DNA of 62,963 nucleotides, the filler included, from Octopus bimaculoides (taxonomy: Eukaryota): assembly GCF_001194135.2 (NCBI RefSeq). It is 7 parts of 7 records of this genome, joined end to end, with 100 filler letters (N's around TTAATTAATTAA, not from the genome) between each part and the next. Parts side by side here need not be neighbours in the genome. Positions count along the whole stretch, not along the records: positions 45,160 to 51,906 come from NC_068982.1; positions 52,007 to 56,961 come from NC_069004.1; positions 57,062 to 60,807 come from NW_026295992.1; positions 60,908 to 62,963 come from NW_026376212.1; 3 more parts are not named here. One strand, 5' to 3'. Below are positions 50,714 to 62,963 of the stretch, piece by piece (the first letter of the stretch is position 1; each line of letters starts with the position of its first letter). Under the pieces are notes generated by a model, which did no database searches, was not told where the DNA came from, and worked only from the letters and a program-made list of their open reading frames with translations. The position numbers were made by a program, and so were the translations under genes.

Positions 50714-51089
50714 CAGGACAATGCACGACTCACACTGCAAAGATCACATCTCAGAAGATCGAAGAGTTTGGTTGGGAAAAAATTCATCGTCCACCTTATT
50801 CTCCCGACCTTGCTCCTTCAGACTACCATTTGTTTTGTAGTTTACAGAATCATTTGAGGGACATAATTTTCGCAAGCCAGGAAGAGGTCGAAACTGACAT
50901 TTCAGAGTTCTTCGCTTTGAAACCAAAAGAGTTTTACATTAATGGGATTAAAAAGCTTGTAAATAGATGGAAGGAAGTCATAGATAATCAGGAAAAGTAC
51001 ATTGATGATTAAATTTTAATGAAATATAACAATTCATCACTTGTTTTCTTTATTAAAAATTCGGACAGAACTTATGGGATGACCTGATA
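50714..51089 (+). mobile_element. Mariner transposase 3' end plus right TIR (rest lies in or before the gap)
   Basis: QDNAR(fs)HTAKITSQKIEEFGWEKIHRPPYSPDLAPSDYHLFCSLQNHL...LVNRWKEVIDNQEKYIDD* (DD34D, YSPDLAPSD); TIR CGGACAGAACTTATGGGATGACCTGA followed by TA. Confidence 0.95.
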
Positions 51090-51433
51090 TACAAGCTTTA
51101 ATCCGATTTACTCCGTTTTACATGCACAACTCTTCTTGGTGTCTCTCTCTTTTAACTCCATATTCCACCCTCGCCACCATCAACAACTTCAACACCTCCA
51201 CCACCAACACCACTACCTCCAACACCAACACCACTAATAACACCCCAACGATATCGTCATACAGATAACGAAAAACGAAGACGTTAACCAGTCTCCCGTC
51301 CCCAAATATTGGGACTCTCGAACTAGTCCCTCTCCTCACATGGAATTTTTATTTATTTTCTTTACTCTTCAATATACAGAAACACAACAGAGACTCTTTT
51401 ACTCTGCTGAATTGTCACCTAAACCTCTACCTT

Positions 51434-51837
51434 AGAAGGGATGAGAACCCTGATGGATCGAGAGCACAATAAAAAACGGACCCGTGAGGTAGCCGTTAAT
51501 TTTGACAACCGATTAAGCGTCAGTGTACATTGCTGTGATCCAGTCTCTGAAAACGATCCCGGAGCTGGCTATTTTTATGACTGGTGCCAACGAGCGATAG
51601 TTGACTCTATTGAGAGCTTTCAACTGGTCGAAATTGACCGGAGCTTCATCAACGCTAGATTTGCTACTCATGATGTATTGCATAACTAAGAGGTTATTGC
51701 AGATGTATTTGGTGGGGGAATTTCACACGTTTGTGCTACCCTGTCCAAAAAACACCAGCTGCAATTGCCAACCTCTTCGCTTACACTTTAGCCATGATTT
51801 TAAACTTTGCATTTAGCAGGGTTATGGGGCGGAAATG
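51434..51837 (-). mobile_element. L1/Tx1-clade reverse transcriptase fragment, decayed
   Basis: Minus strand HFRPITLLNAKFKIMAKV*AKRLA..(fs)..NNLLVMQYIM..NFDQLKALNRVNYRSL..FRDWITAMYTDA*SVVKINGYLTGPF..SIHQGSHP covers RT domains 1-4. Confidence 0.88.
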
Positions 51838-53074
51838 AACTAATAACAACAACAACAATAATTAAAAGAAGAAGAGGGAGGAGGAGGAGGAGGAGGAGGA
51901 GGAGGANNNNNNNNNNNNNNNNNNNNNNNNNNNNNNNNNNNNNNNNNNNNTTAATTAATTAANNNNNNNNNNNNNNNNNNNNNNNNNNNNNNNNNNNNNN
52001 NNNNNNATATATGGAGAGAGTGATATATGAATATATTTTGAAGAACAGAGAAAAAAAACAAATCGAAATATTTTCCAGTGAAATTTTTGCTCTGATTTTT
52101 CGCTGAGAGGTCGTGGAAAAACACTTCATTAATTACATAAGTTTGATTTCTTCTCTCTGTAAGTGTGTGTATGTATGTGTGTGTGTGTGTGTGTGTGTAT
52201 GTGTGTGTGCGTGACTGTGTGTGTATGTACTCCTGTGAGATTTCTGTGTGTGTGACCATATGGTATGTGTATTCCCTTGTGTTTGTTTAATTCAGTTATA
52301 TACATGTATGCTGTGTGTGTATGTATGTGGGCGTTTAAACGTACACAAGGTCACAAACACACACACACTATTCACACATACACATGCACATATATATGCG
52401 TTTGTATTTACAGAGTATGAGAAGTAGAATCTTTGACGCAAATAGTAAATTGTTATACAGTAAATAGAAAGAGAATGAGATCGTTAGATCGATAGACAGA
52501 TAGGCCGATAGATAGTTTGATAAATAGAGACACACATACAAACATACATACTTGGACACATATGCATGTACGTACGTGAGCACGTTCGTACGTATATACT
52601 ACATACATGCATGTATAAGTGTGTACGTCCGTACGTGTATTGATAGATAGATAATTGGACAGACATACTAATTAATGCATGCATCCCTACATACACTCAA
52701 ACAATCAGACAGACATACTGACAGACATTTAATTATCGCTGTCCAAACTTACCCCCCTCCCGCAACCCAACTTCCGACAGATACGCATATATAAAACATA
52801 TAGACGTACACTTCTTTCTATATATACACACACATATCGTCACACATTCTCTCTGAAATAGGCGCATACATAGCGTTGTATATTAACACCTCTAATTACA
52901 ACAGCAATAACATCGACAACAACAACAACAACTCCAACACAATTGTGATCCAATTTATAACCTCTAATTTGGTTTACAACGAAATATTTAGTGCAGCAGG
53001 TGTTTGCTAGGGAGATGTTTTTTAGCCACTGCTGTTAGTATGTCTTTTTTCTATTATTCGCAACTGGTATCCAT

Positions 53075-53120
<46 letters not shown>

Positions 53121-53467
53121 GTATATGCATATTTGTATGCATGTGTGCATGCATGTATGTGTGTGTGTATTTATGTATGTTATAATTAGGGCCAATAGGA
53201 CTGTTATTAATGACGTTATTTTTATTATTGTTGTTTTTGCTGTTGTTGTTGTTGTTGTATACCTCTAGGTAATTTCTGGATTAACAGAGATACAAAGATA
53301 AAATGCTATTCCGACTTATCTTAACCTGAACTCTGCCATGCTATATGTCTTTGTGGTAAAAACGTGACAGAAAAAACTTTGGGCAACCAAATTTGAAGAA
53401 AAAAAAAACATACATATACACACACCTGTGCATACATTCGTACATATACATAAATATATACATACAT

Positions 53468-53612
53468 ATTCTTTTACTTGTTTAGCCATTTGACTGCGGC
53501 CATGCTGGAGCACCGCCTTTAGTCGAAGAAATCGACACCGGGACTTTGTTAAGCCTAGTACTTATTCTAGCTTTTGCCCGGTGCGCTAGCGATTCTGCAC
53601 GTTCGCCGCTTT
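53468..53612 (-). mobile_element. SINE A 3' end abutting a SINE B head fragment
   Basis: TTTGACTGCGGCCATGCTGGAGCACCGCC followed by GCCCGGTGCGCTAGCGATTCTGC. Confidence 0.8.
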
Positions 53613-54191
53613 AGAATTTCCCAATATTGGCAGAAGCAAAATTTCGGCTCATTTTAACGATATTCCATCAATTTCGTTTCTAAAGTCTTCCTGACTTTCC
53701 TCTTGTGTTCTACAAATTTATTGTTCATTCCCCAAAGTTCAAAGCCATTCATTCGATCGTATTGTCTTCTTATATACAAATGTTGATACTTTTTAGATCT
53801 GATTAACTGTGACAACTACTTTCGACAAAGACTTGCTTCTCAGAATATAGAATTACAAAGGCAGCAAACATAGTGTTGTTATCATATCTGTCAGACTCCA
53901 CAGCTATCTGTATGTCTATCTATCTATCTCTCTCTCACTATCTATCTCTCTCTATATCTATCTATTTATCTCTCTCTGTCTATTTATCCCCCTATCTCTC
54001 TATTTATCTCTCTCTCTACCTCTATCTGTCTGTCTGTCTGTCTCTCTCTCTATATCCATCTGTCTATTCAACTACAAATATAGATAATAACATTGACAGA
54101 GATACATATACAGAAATTGGTGTATACATACCGTGCATGTATGTGCGTGTATATATATGTGTTTGCGTTTGCGTATGTGTGTATATGTGTG

Positions 54192-54285
<94 letters not shown>

Positions 54286-55300
54286 NNNNNNNNNNNNNNN
54301 NNNNNNNNNNNNNNNNNNNNNNNNNNNNNNNNNNNNNNNNNNNNNNNNNNNNNNNNNNNNNNNNNNNNNNNNNNNNNNNNNNNNNNNNNNNNNNNNNNNN
54401 NNNNNNNNNNNNNNNNNNNNNNNNNNNNNNNNNNNNNNNNNNNNNNNNNNNNNNNNNNNNNNNNNNNNNNNNNNNNNNNNNNNNNNNNNNNNNNNNNNNN
54501 NNNNNNNNNNNNNNNNNNNNNNNNNNNNNNNNNNNNNNNNNNNNNNNNNNNNNNNNNNNNNNNNNNNNNNNNNNNNNNNNNNNNNNNNNNNNNNNNNNNN
54601 NNNNNNNNNNNNNNNNNNNNNNNNNNNNNNNNNNNNNNNNNNNNNNNNNNNNNNNNNNNNNNNNNNNNNNNNNNNNNNNNNNNNNNNNNNNNNNNNNNNN
54701 NNNNNNNNNNNNNNNNNNNNNNNNNNNNNNNNNNNNNNNNNNNNNNNNNNNNNNNNNNNNNNNNNNNNNNNNNNNNNNNNNNNNNNNNNNNNNNNNNNNN
54801 NNNNNNNNNNNNNNNNNNNNNNNTGTGTGTGTGTGTGTGTGTGTGTATACACGCACACAAACAACTTTACCCAAACTATAGCAACAACAGCGATACAAGA
54901 ACCTGCAGCAGTTTATACTGATAAACGCTAACTTCGCTGTCAGACGAAGCAGTACGGGATAGATGTTCCGGTTTCTTCCGTTCCGGGTTCAGATCTTACA
55001 GGGATCAAATTTTTGTGGCATTATTTCCTGGGTCGATAACTAAAGCCTCGGCCTCGATGCCTTTGTGGTATCTGTTCTGGCTTATTCTTGTTTTCTGGAT
55101 TGAAATCCCGCTGTGATCCGCTTGCTTGGTAGCTTCAATGCGTCTCCCCCGTTTCACGGCACCCCCAGTTCATATGCTACCAGGGCCGCCATTAGCCTCG
55201 TTGGCGGCATTAGGACCTGCTCCTCGATTTCAGAATACTTCCTACCTCCCTTCCATCAGGCTTGAAGGTCCTCTAAACGCTCATTGGTACGACGCTGAGA

Positions 55301-55371
55301 TCCTCGGTAGTATAGTGGTAAATATCCCCGCTTGTCACGCGGAGTCTGATTTTCGATTCCCGGCCGGAGAG
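55301..55371 (+). pseudogene. tRNA-Asp(GTC) pseudogene
   Basis: TCCTCGGTAGTATAGTGGTAAATATCCCCGCTTGTCACGCGG...TTCGATTCCCGGCCGGAGAG; anticodon GTC at 55334-55336; T-stem and B box disrupted, C3-A70 mismatch; T5 at 55382-55386. Confidence 0.88.
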
Positions 55372-56113
55372 GCTTCCATACTTTTTAAGGCGGCGCGTTG
55401 ACAGAATCGTTAGCACGCCNNNNNNNNNNNNNNNNNNNNNNNNNNNNNNNNNNNNNNNNNNNNNNNNNNNNNNNNNNNNNNNNNNNNNNNNNNNNNNNNN
55501 NNNNNNNNNNNNNNNNNNNNNNNNNNNNNNNNNNNNNNNNNNNNNNNNNNNNNNNNNNNNNNNNNNNNNNNNNNNNNNNNNNNNNNNNNNNNNNNNNNNN
55601 NNNNNNNNNNNNNNNNNNNNNNNNNNNNNNNNNNNNNNNNNNNNNNNNNNNNNNNNNNNNNNNNNNNNNNNNNNNNNNNNNNNNNNNNNNNNNNNNNNNN
55701 NNNNNNNNNNNNNNNNNNNNNNNNNNNNNNNNNNNNNNNNNNNNNNNNNNNNNNNNNNNNNNNNNNNNNNNNNNNNNNNNNNNNNNNNNNNNNNNNNNNN
55801 NNNNNNNNNNNNNNNNNNNNNNNNNNNNNNNNNNNNNNNNNNNNNNNNNNNNNNNNNNNNNNNNNNNNNNNNNNNNNNNNNNNNNNNNNNNNNNNNNNNN
55901 NNNNNNNNNNNNNNNNNNNNNNNNNNNNNNNNNNNNNNNNNNNNNNNNNNNNNNNNNNNNNNNNNNNNNNNNNNNNNNNNNNNNNNNNNNNNNNNNNNNN
56001 NNNNNNNNNNNNNNNNNNNNNNNNNNNNNNNNNNNNNNNNNNNNNNNNNNNNNNNNNNNNNNNNNNNNNNNNNNNNNNNNNNNNNNNNNNNNNNNNNNNN
56101 NNNNNNNNNNNNN

Positions 56114-56961
56114 CTCTCTCCCTCCCTCTCTCTCTCCCAGTCTTTCCTCCTCCTCTACTTCTCTGTGTCTCCGTTTATCTCTTGCATCCATTGTGTTTCT
56201 CATCTATGTATCTCTCCTTTTGCTCCAACTATTTCTTCTTCCCCCTCTCTCTCTCTCTCTGCCCTCCCCTTTTCCTCCCTCCCCATTTCTCTATCTCTCC
56301 TATCTCTTCCCACCTCTCTCTCTCTCTCTCTCTCTCCAATGCTTCACTCCTTTCTGCCAACAGACTTATATATATATATATATATATATATCCTGACATA
56401 TTCATACGGACGCGTCCACAGTTAACATGCAAACACACACAACAGACACAAACACACAAGCGTACATCTATCATCCATTTCTCTTTCTCTCCATCGCTGC
56501 GTATGTCTCTCTTTATCCGTCAACTCCTCTCAAATCAACACCAATCTTCTCTCTCCTCCACCTCTCCCTCTTTCCTCTCTCTGTCTCTCTGTTGCCCCCC
56601 TCTTGCTTTCTTGCGTTGCATGTATATTTCTCATTTTACTTCAACTATATATTTCTCATTTTCTCTCTCTCTTTCTCTCTCTCTCTCCTCCACCCCTCCG
56701 TCTGTCTACTTATCTTTTGCACCCCTTTTATTTGATATCGATGCATCTCTCCTTTTATTACAATTATTTCTCTCTCTCACTCCCCCTCTCCCCTTCACTC
56801 TCTCCCTTTCTCTCTCCCTTTCTCTCTCCCTCTCTCTCTCTCTCTCCCAGTCTTTCCTCCTCCTCTACTTCTCTGTGTCTCCGTTTATCTCTTGCATCCA
56901 TTGTGTTTCTCATCTATGTATCTCTCCTTTTGCTCCAACTATTTCTTCTTCCCCCCCTCTC
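56114..56961. repeat. CT-rich region with an identical ~120-bp block repeated at a 710-bp offset
   Basis: CCCAGTCTTTCCTCC...ATTTCTTCTTCCCCC at about 56126-56245 and 56836-56955, both next to gaps. Confidence 0.8.
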
Positions 56962-57102
56962 NNNNNNNNNNNNNNNNNNNNNNNNNNNNNNNNNNNNNNN
57001 NNNNNTTAATTAATTAANNNNNNNNNNNNNNNNNNNNNNNNNNNNNNNNNNNNNNNNNNNNCATATATAAAGATATAAAGATGCATTCATATATATGTGT
57101 GA

Positions 57103-57139
<37 letters not shown>

Positions 57140-57276
57140 TACATACATAGAAATATACATGCATAGAAAAACGTGTATGTATGTATGTACGCATGCATGT
57201 ATGTATGTATGTATGTATGTTTGTATGCATGTTTGTATGTAGACGATTGTCTTCAATCGGGGACGTATTCATACTG

Positions 57277-57321
<45 letters not shown>

Positions 57322-57794
57322 ATGACTTCCATGCACAGAAATATTCTTATTGTGATAAAAGCATTGAAATCATAAATGTTGTCAGCCACTCCATAAATGC
57401 CGTTCTATGATAAAGAAATAAGGAAAGACTAAAATATTTCTGAATAGATGTCGGTAAAGAAGTTAGAAGCTCTTCTATTCTGATTAACATTTCTCTATTG
57501 ATATAATACAAGTGGATTTAGAAACCTTTCAAATAAAGGAGAACTAACGAAGGCATACGTTACTGCTGACAAGTGTCAGACGCAGACAAAAGGTGTGTCT
57601 TTTAAAAAGATACTTTTTACAGCGGAATTGTCATTAAAAGTAATATTTTAAGTTTGAAATGAGTAAAATTATTTTTCTTGTTTCTTATTTTTACTATTTT
57701 TCTTTGGAAATTTTTGTTGTATTATTTTGTTGTTGCTGTTTTATTATTGGGGCTCACTTGAATCAAAACATGATTCGCAATTTTAATAATCGTA

Positions 57795-58350
<556 letters not shown>

Positions 58351-59436
58351 AATAGATAAGGACACTCATATGAAGTGATTGGAGACGATAGCATGTCGAT
58401 GTTGAAACAATTACATTGTGTAAGAGTCCCTTTTGTCATTTGAAAAACACTCAACAACTGTTATGTTCATTTTTCGCTTATTTCCGAATAGTGCGGTCTC
58501 ACATGAAATATTGACGACGGGTTTCGTCGCACTTCTGAAGCCTGGGCGATAACATTATTCCATCATATCTGCTGCAGATCAGGTGCTGGCAGGATTTTAT
58601 AAGCCTCGACGGATTATTTCCATTTGTGTTCTTGATTCTTCCCCGCCACGGAATGATTCAGACGACGACGATTAAGTTAAAGCAGCGGGGATTTGTATAC
58701 TTTCGTAACTTCTGAAACTATGTCACTCCATGTTACGACCAGCATACGTGATATATATAAACTTCCGTGAAACATATCCTCTGTGGGCTGGCTTGCTGGC
58801 TTGCTGGCTTGCTGGCTGGATGGATGGCTGGCTGGCTGGCTGGCTGGATGGATGGATGGATGGATGGATGGATGGATAGGTAGGTAGGAAGGTAGGTAGG
58901 TAGGGAGGGAGGGAGGAGGGAGATAGAGAGAGAGATAGAGAGAAAGAAAGAGAGAGAAACCGATTAAAGACTAGGAGGCCGAAACTTCGAAGTCCCTTTC
59001 ATCACTCTCCTTGTGAAAGTAAAATAAATATGTACTCTGCAAATGTATTGAACAACCCTTCAATTTAATGTAAAATTGTTTTTATTATAAATCGATATAA
59101 AAACAACCACTTGTATTTGCGCGCACTCACACACACGCATGCGCGCGCGCGCACACACACACACACACACATACACTCATGCACACACATACACTCATGC
59201 ACACACATACACTCATGCACACACATACACTCATGCACACACATACAGTTACACATGGCTAAACAGACACACAGATAGATTATCGTACTATACATCGATA
59301 TACTGCGATATGATATACTGGGAGTGTAGTTGTATGATCAAAAATGAGGAACCAATCCTTGGAAATTTCAAACATCTAAACTGAAGTGTTAGATTTTTTA
59401 AAACAACGTTTAACCATAATCAGCCTACTGCATGCT

Positions 59437-59695
59437 TTGGTGTTTGGTTGCTACTTAGTATAGCGTTAGGTAGCTGTTTAGTATGTTGTTTGTTAGATGT
59501 CTAGTACTGTGTTCGTTTCACGTTTACTATGTTGTTTGCTAGGCGTTTACTAGGCAGTTTGTTTGGTGTTTATTATCGTGTTTGGCTGATGTTCAGTATG
59601 ATATTTGGTTGGTGTTTAGTATGGTGTTTTGGTTGGTGTTTAGTATGGTGTTTTGGTTGGTGCTTAGTATGGTGTTTTGCTTGGTGTTTAGTATG
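59437..59695. repeat. 24-bp minisatellite GTTTAGTATGGTGTTTTGGTTGGT, degenerate on the left and homogeneous toward the gap
   Basis: Near-perfect units at 59591-59695; decayed GT-rich relatives from about 59437. Confidence 0.85.
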
Positions 59696-60421
59696 NNNNN
59701 NNNNNNNNNNNNNNNNNNNNNNNNNNNNNNNNNNNNNNNNNNNNNNNNNNNNNNNNNNNNNNNNNNNNNNNNNNNNNNNNNNNNNNNNNNNNNNNNNNNN
59801 NNNNNNNNNNNNNNNNNNNNNNNNNNNNNNNNNNNNNNNNNNNNNNNNNNNNNNNNNNNNNNNNNNNNNNNNNNNNNNNNNNNNNNNNNNNNNNNNNNNN
59901 NNNNNNNNNNNNNNNNNNNNNNNNNNNNNNNNNNNNNNNNNNNNNNNNNNNNNNNNNNNNNNNNNNNNNNNNNNNNNNNNNNNNNNNNNNNNNNNNNNNN
60001 NNNNNNNNNNNNNNNNNNNNNNNNNNNNNNNNNNNNNNNNNNNNNNNNNNNNNNNNNNNNNNNNNNNNNNNNNNNNNNNNNNNNNNNNNNNNNNNNNNNN
60101 NNNNNNNNNNNNNNNNNNNNNNNNNNNNNNNNNNNNNNNNNNNNNNNNNNNNNNNNNNNNNNNNNNNNNNNNNNNNNNNNNNNNNNNNNNNNNNNNNNNN
60201 NNNNNNNNNNNNNNNNNNNNNNNNNNNNNNNNNNNNNNNNNNNNNNNNNNNNNNNNNNNNNNNNNNNNNNNNNNNNNNNNNNNNNNNNNNNNNNNNNNNN
60301 NNNNNNNNNNNNNNNNNNNNNNNNNNNNNNNNNNNNNNNNNNNNNNNNNNNNNNNNNNNNNNNNNNNNNNNNNNNNNNNNNNNNNNNNNNNNNNNNNNNN
60401 NNNNNNNNNNNNNNNNNNNNN

Positions 60422-60492
<71 letters not shown>

Positions 60493-60907
60493 GTATGTGT
60501 GAGAGTTCTCGTATGTAAGCTTGAGTGCATGTTTGAGTGCAGCTTATATGTGAGTGTCTGTTAAAAAAATATACGTGATTGTATCACTGCTTCTCATTGA
60601 ATAATGTGTGCATTCCTGGTCTTCTAATTTTGATTACATACATACATACCTATATATATAGAGAGAGAGAGGGGGGAGAGAGAGAGAGATGTAGTCATAT
60701 GCAAACATATATATACATACATACCTATATATGTATATATATGGATTGAGGAAATAAACACACAGACATTTTTGTTGATCTTACCAGCACGGAACAGTAT
60801 ATTATATNNNNNNNNNNNNNNNNNNNNNNNNNNNNNNNNNNNNNNNNNNNNTTAATTAATTAANNNNNNNNNNNNNNNNNNNNNNNNNNNNNNNNNNNNN
60901 NNNNNNN

Positions 60908-61138
60908 TGTCAGTTTAGCCAATAATAACACACGCACTATATATTTGGTGTTAATTTGCTTCAGCTTTATTTTATTATTTACATCAATCGTATTTCGGCC
61001 AGAGTTCTTTTGTCACACGTCTGTGACCTCATCTGTGGTCCTTTGCTTTCTTCCTTCTTATTTGTGAGTCTTTCCTTACTAACGATCAGCCATTTTTCCA
61101 AATTTTGACAAAATGGCTGATCGTTAGTAAGGAAAGAC
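60908..61138 (-). mobile_element. Penelope-like terminal repeat remnant with a hammerhead-like motif, ending in a perfect 29-bp hairpin
   Basis: TTTATT..TATTTCGGCC..GTGACCTCATCTG on plus reads CAGATGAG-GTCAC..GTGAC..GGCC-GAAA on minus; inverted repeat at 61068-61096 / 61110-61138. Confidence 0.55.
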
Positions 61139-61552
61139 ATACAATATAATATGTTAATTTTCCCGTAACTAGGACAGTTGCCTGACAGTTGCTACTTTTC
61201 AGCTTAGGAGTAGATCTGGAGCGATTAGTAGCCAAGAGCCGACCAAGTAATTAGTAGGCTTGAAGAAATGCGTCCTGGGGTCGATTTGTTCCTCTAAAGC
61301 CATTGAAGGCGGTACTCCACATGGCTGTAGTCAAGTGACTGAAACAAGTAAAAGAGTAAAAGTAAAAGTATATATATATATATATAACAAAACAGGAAAC
61401 CGGAAATCTTTTGCTATTATTTATTCACAATTGGATGTATTTCATTTCATATGAAACATGTGTAATGTTGAATAAATAATACAAAAAGTTTTGTTGCACG
61501 CTGCAAATAATATTTCCATAATTCTCAATTCTAATACGTATTTTGAACAAAA

Positions 61553-61729
61553 GGCAGCGAGCTGGCAGAATCGTTGCCCTGCCGGACAAAATGCTTAGTG
61601 TCATTCCATCCGTGTTTACGTTCTGAATTCAAATTCTTCCGAGGTAGATTTTGTTTTTAATCCTTTCGAGATTGATAGAATAAGTACCAGTTTAACACTG
61701 GGGTCGATATAATCGACTTCCCCACTCCC
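61553..61729 (+). mobile_element. SINE family B
   Basis: GGCAGCGAGCTGGCAGAATCGTTG..GAATTCAAATTC..ACTGGGGTCGATATAATCGAC. Confidence 0.88.
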
Positions 61730-62084
61730 NNNNNNNNNNNNNNNNNNNNNNNNNNNNNNNNNNNNNNNNNNNNNNNNNNNNNNNNNNNNNNNNNNNNNNN
61801 NNNNNNNNNNNNNNNNNNNNNNNNNNNNNNNNNNNNNNNNNNNNNNNNNNNNNNNNNNNNNNNNNNNNNNNNNNNNNNNNNNNNNNNNNNNNNNNNNNNN
61901 NNNNNNNNNNNNNNNNNNNNNNNNNNNNNNNNNNNNNNNNNNNNNNNNNNNNNNNNNNNNNNNNNNNNNNNNNNNNNNNNNNNNNNNNNNNNNNNNNNNN
62001 NNNNNNNNNNNNNNNNNNNNNNNNNNNNNNNNNNNNNNNNNNNNNNNNNNNNNNNNNNNNNNNNNNNNNNNNNNNNNNNNNNNT

Positions 62085-62427
62085 TTTATTGTCATTCTTT
62101 TATTTGTTTCAGTGATTTAACCGCGGCCATGCTGGAGCACCGCCTTTAGTCGACGAAATGGACCCCAGGACTTATTCTTTATAAGCCTAGTACTTATTCT
62201 ATCGGTTTCTTCTTTTTTTTGCCAAACCTTTAAGTTACGGAGACGTGAAAACACCAACATCGGTTGTCAAGTGATGGTGGAGGACACACACACACACGAA
62301 CACACATATACGATGGTTTCTTTCAGTTTCCTTCTACCAAATCCACTCAGCCCGAGAGCATAGTAGAAAACACTTGCCCAAGCTGCCACACATTGGGACT
62401 GAACCAGGAACCATGTGGTTGGTAAAT
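62085..62427 (-). mobile_element. SINE family A, nearly full length
   Basis: TTTGTTTCAGTGATTTAACCGCGGCCATGCTGGAGCACC...GGGACTGAACCAGGAACCATGTGGTTGGTAA. Confidence 0.9.
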
Positions 62428-62963
62428 ACATATATTTCGTTTTTGGATCTGGTTTGCAAGATTCTTTATGAGAGTTTGTGTGTTGAAGCATATTCTGTTG
62501 TGTCTGGGGAGGGTCATTCTCTTTTAGTGCTTTATAATTTTGACACACACACCGGTAAAATTTCCACTCATTTCCTTCTTTACTTTTCTAAAATTTTCAT
62601 TGCGTCTTGCAACTTTTTCAATAGTTTTAACTTTTTGCTTGTTTGTGCACATGTGTGTAAGTCAGTGTGTGTGTGTGTGAGTCAGTGTGTGTGTGTGTGT
62701 GTATGTGCCTCTGTCTCCTTGTGTGTGCATGTCTGTGTATATGTATGTGTGTGTGTATGTATGGTCATGTGATTCAGTCTTCATTTGTGTATGTGTGTAT
62801 GTGCTTGTCTGTTCATATAACCTATGTACCTATCCGTCTGTATGCTTATCTGTTTACTTTCATATCCATATGCTTACATACATGTGCATATATAAGGCAC
62901 CAAAAGAAAATGACTCTCCCCAGACGCAACAGAATATATATACATACCATATATATATATATA

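Noticed and set aside
51441-51816. Plus-strand ORFs of 82 and 71 aa as host exons
   Set aside because: They are antisense shadows of the Tx1-like RT.
54925-54955. Reverse 5S-like snippet GCTAACTTCGCTGTCAGACGAAG
   Set aside because: Only about 25 bp with gaps; too short to support.

Overview
AT-rich, gap-riddled eukaryotic draft sequence. It is almost certainly coleoid cephalopod, probably octopus, inferred from the SINE families, microsatellite load and repeat types. I could not confidently identify any host protein-coding gene. Nearly all long ORFs in the supplied track are artefacts of microsatellites or N-runs. The window is intronic or intergenic repeat debris. It holds at least five tRNA-derived or SINE-like families in >25 copies, some chimeric or nested, and four fragments of R4/Dong-like RLE non-LTR retrotransposons, two of them in tandem behind a (TAA)n tract. 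It also holds an L1/Tx1 RT fragment, three Tc1/mariner relics, Penelope-like terminal repeats with degenerate hammerhead ribozymes, and 5S, 18S and tRNA-Asp pseudogenes. The most unusual object is a ~600-bp non-autonomous foldback DNA transposon (17655-18256). It has a 37-bp TIR, an 8-bp TSD and a central divergent (CCCTAA)n-(TTAGGG)n telomeric palindrome. A mariner whose 3' half was replaced by an inverted copy of its own 5' end (12990-13842) is also notable. Six TTAATTAATTAA words centred in 100-bp gaps are scaffolding linkers, not biology. All family assignments come from motif recognition by eye and were not searched against databases.
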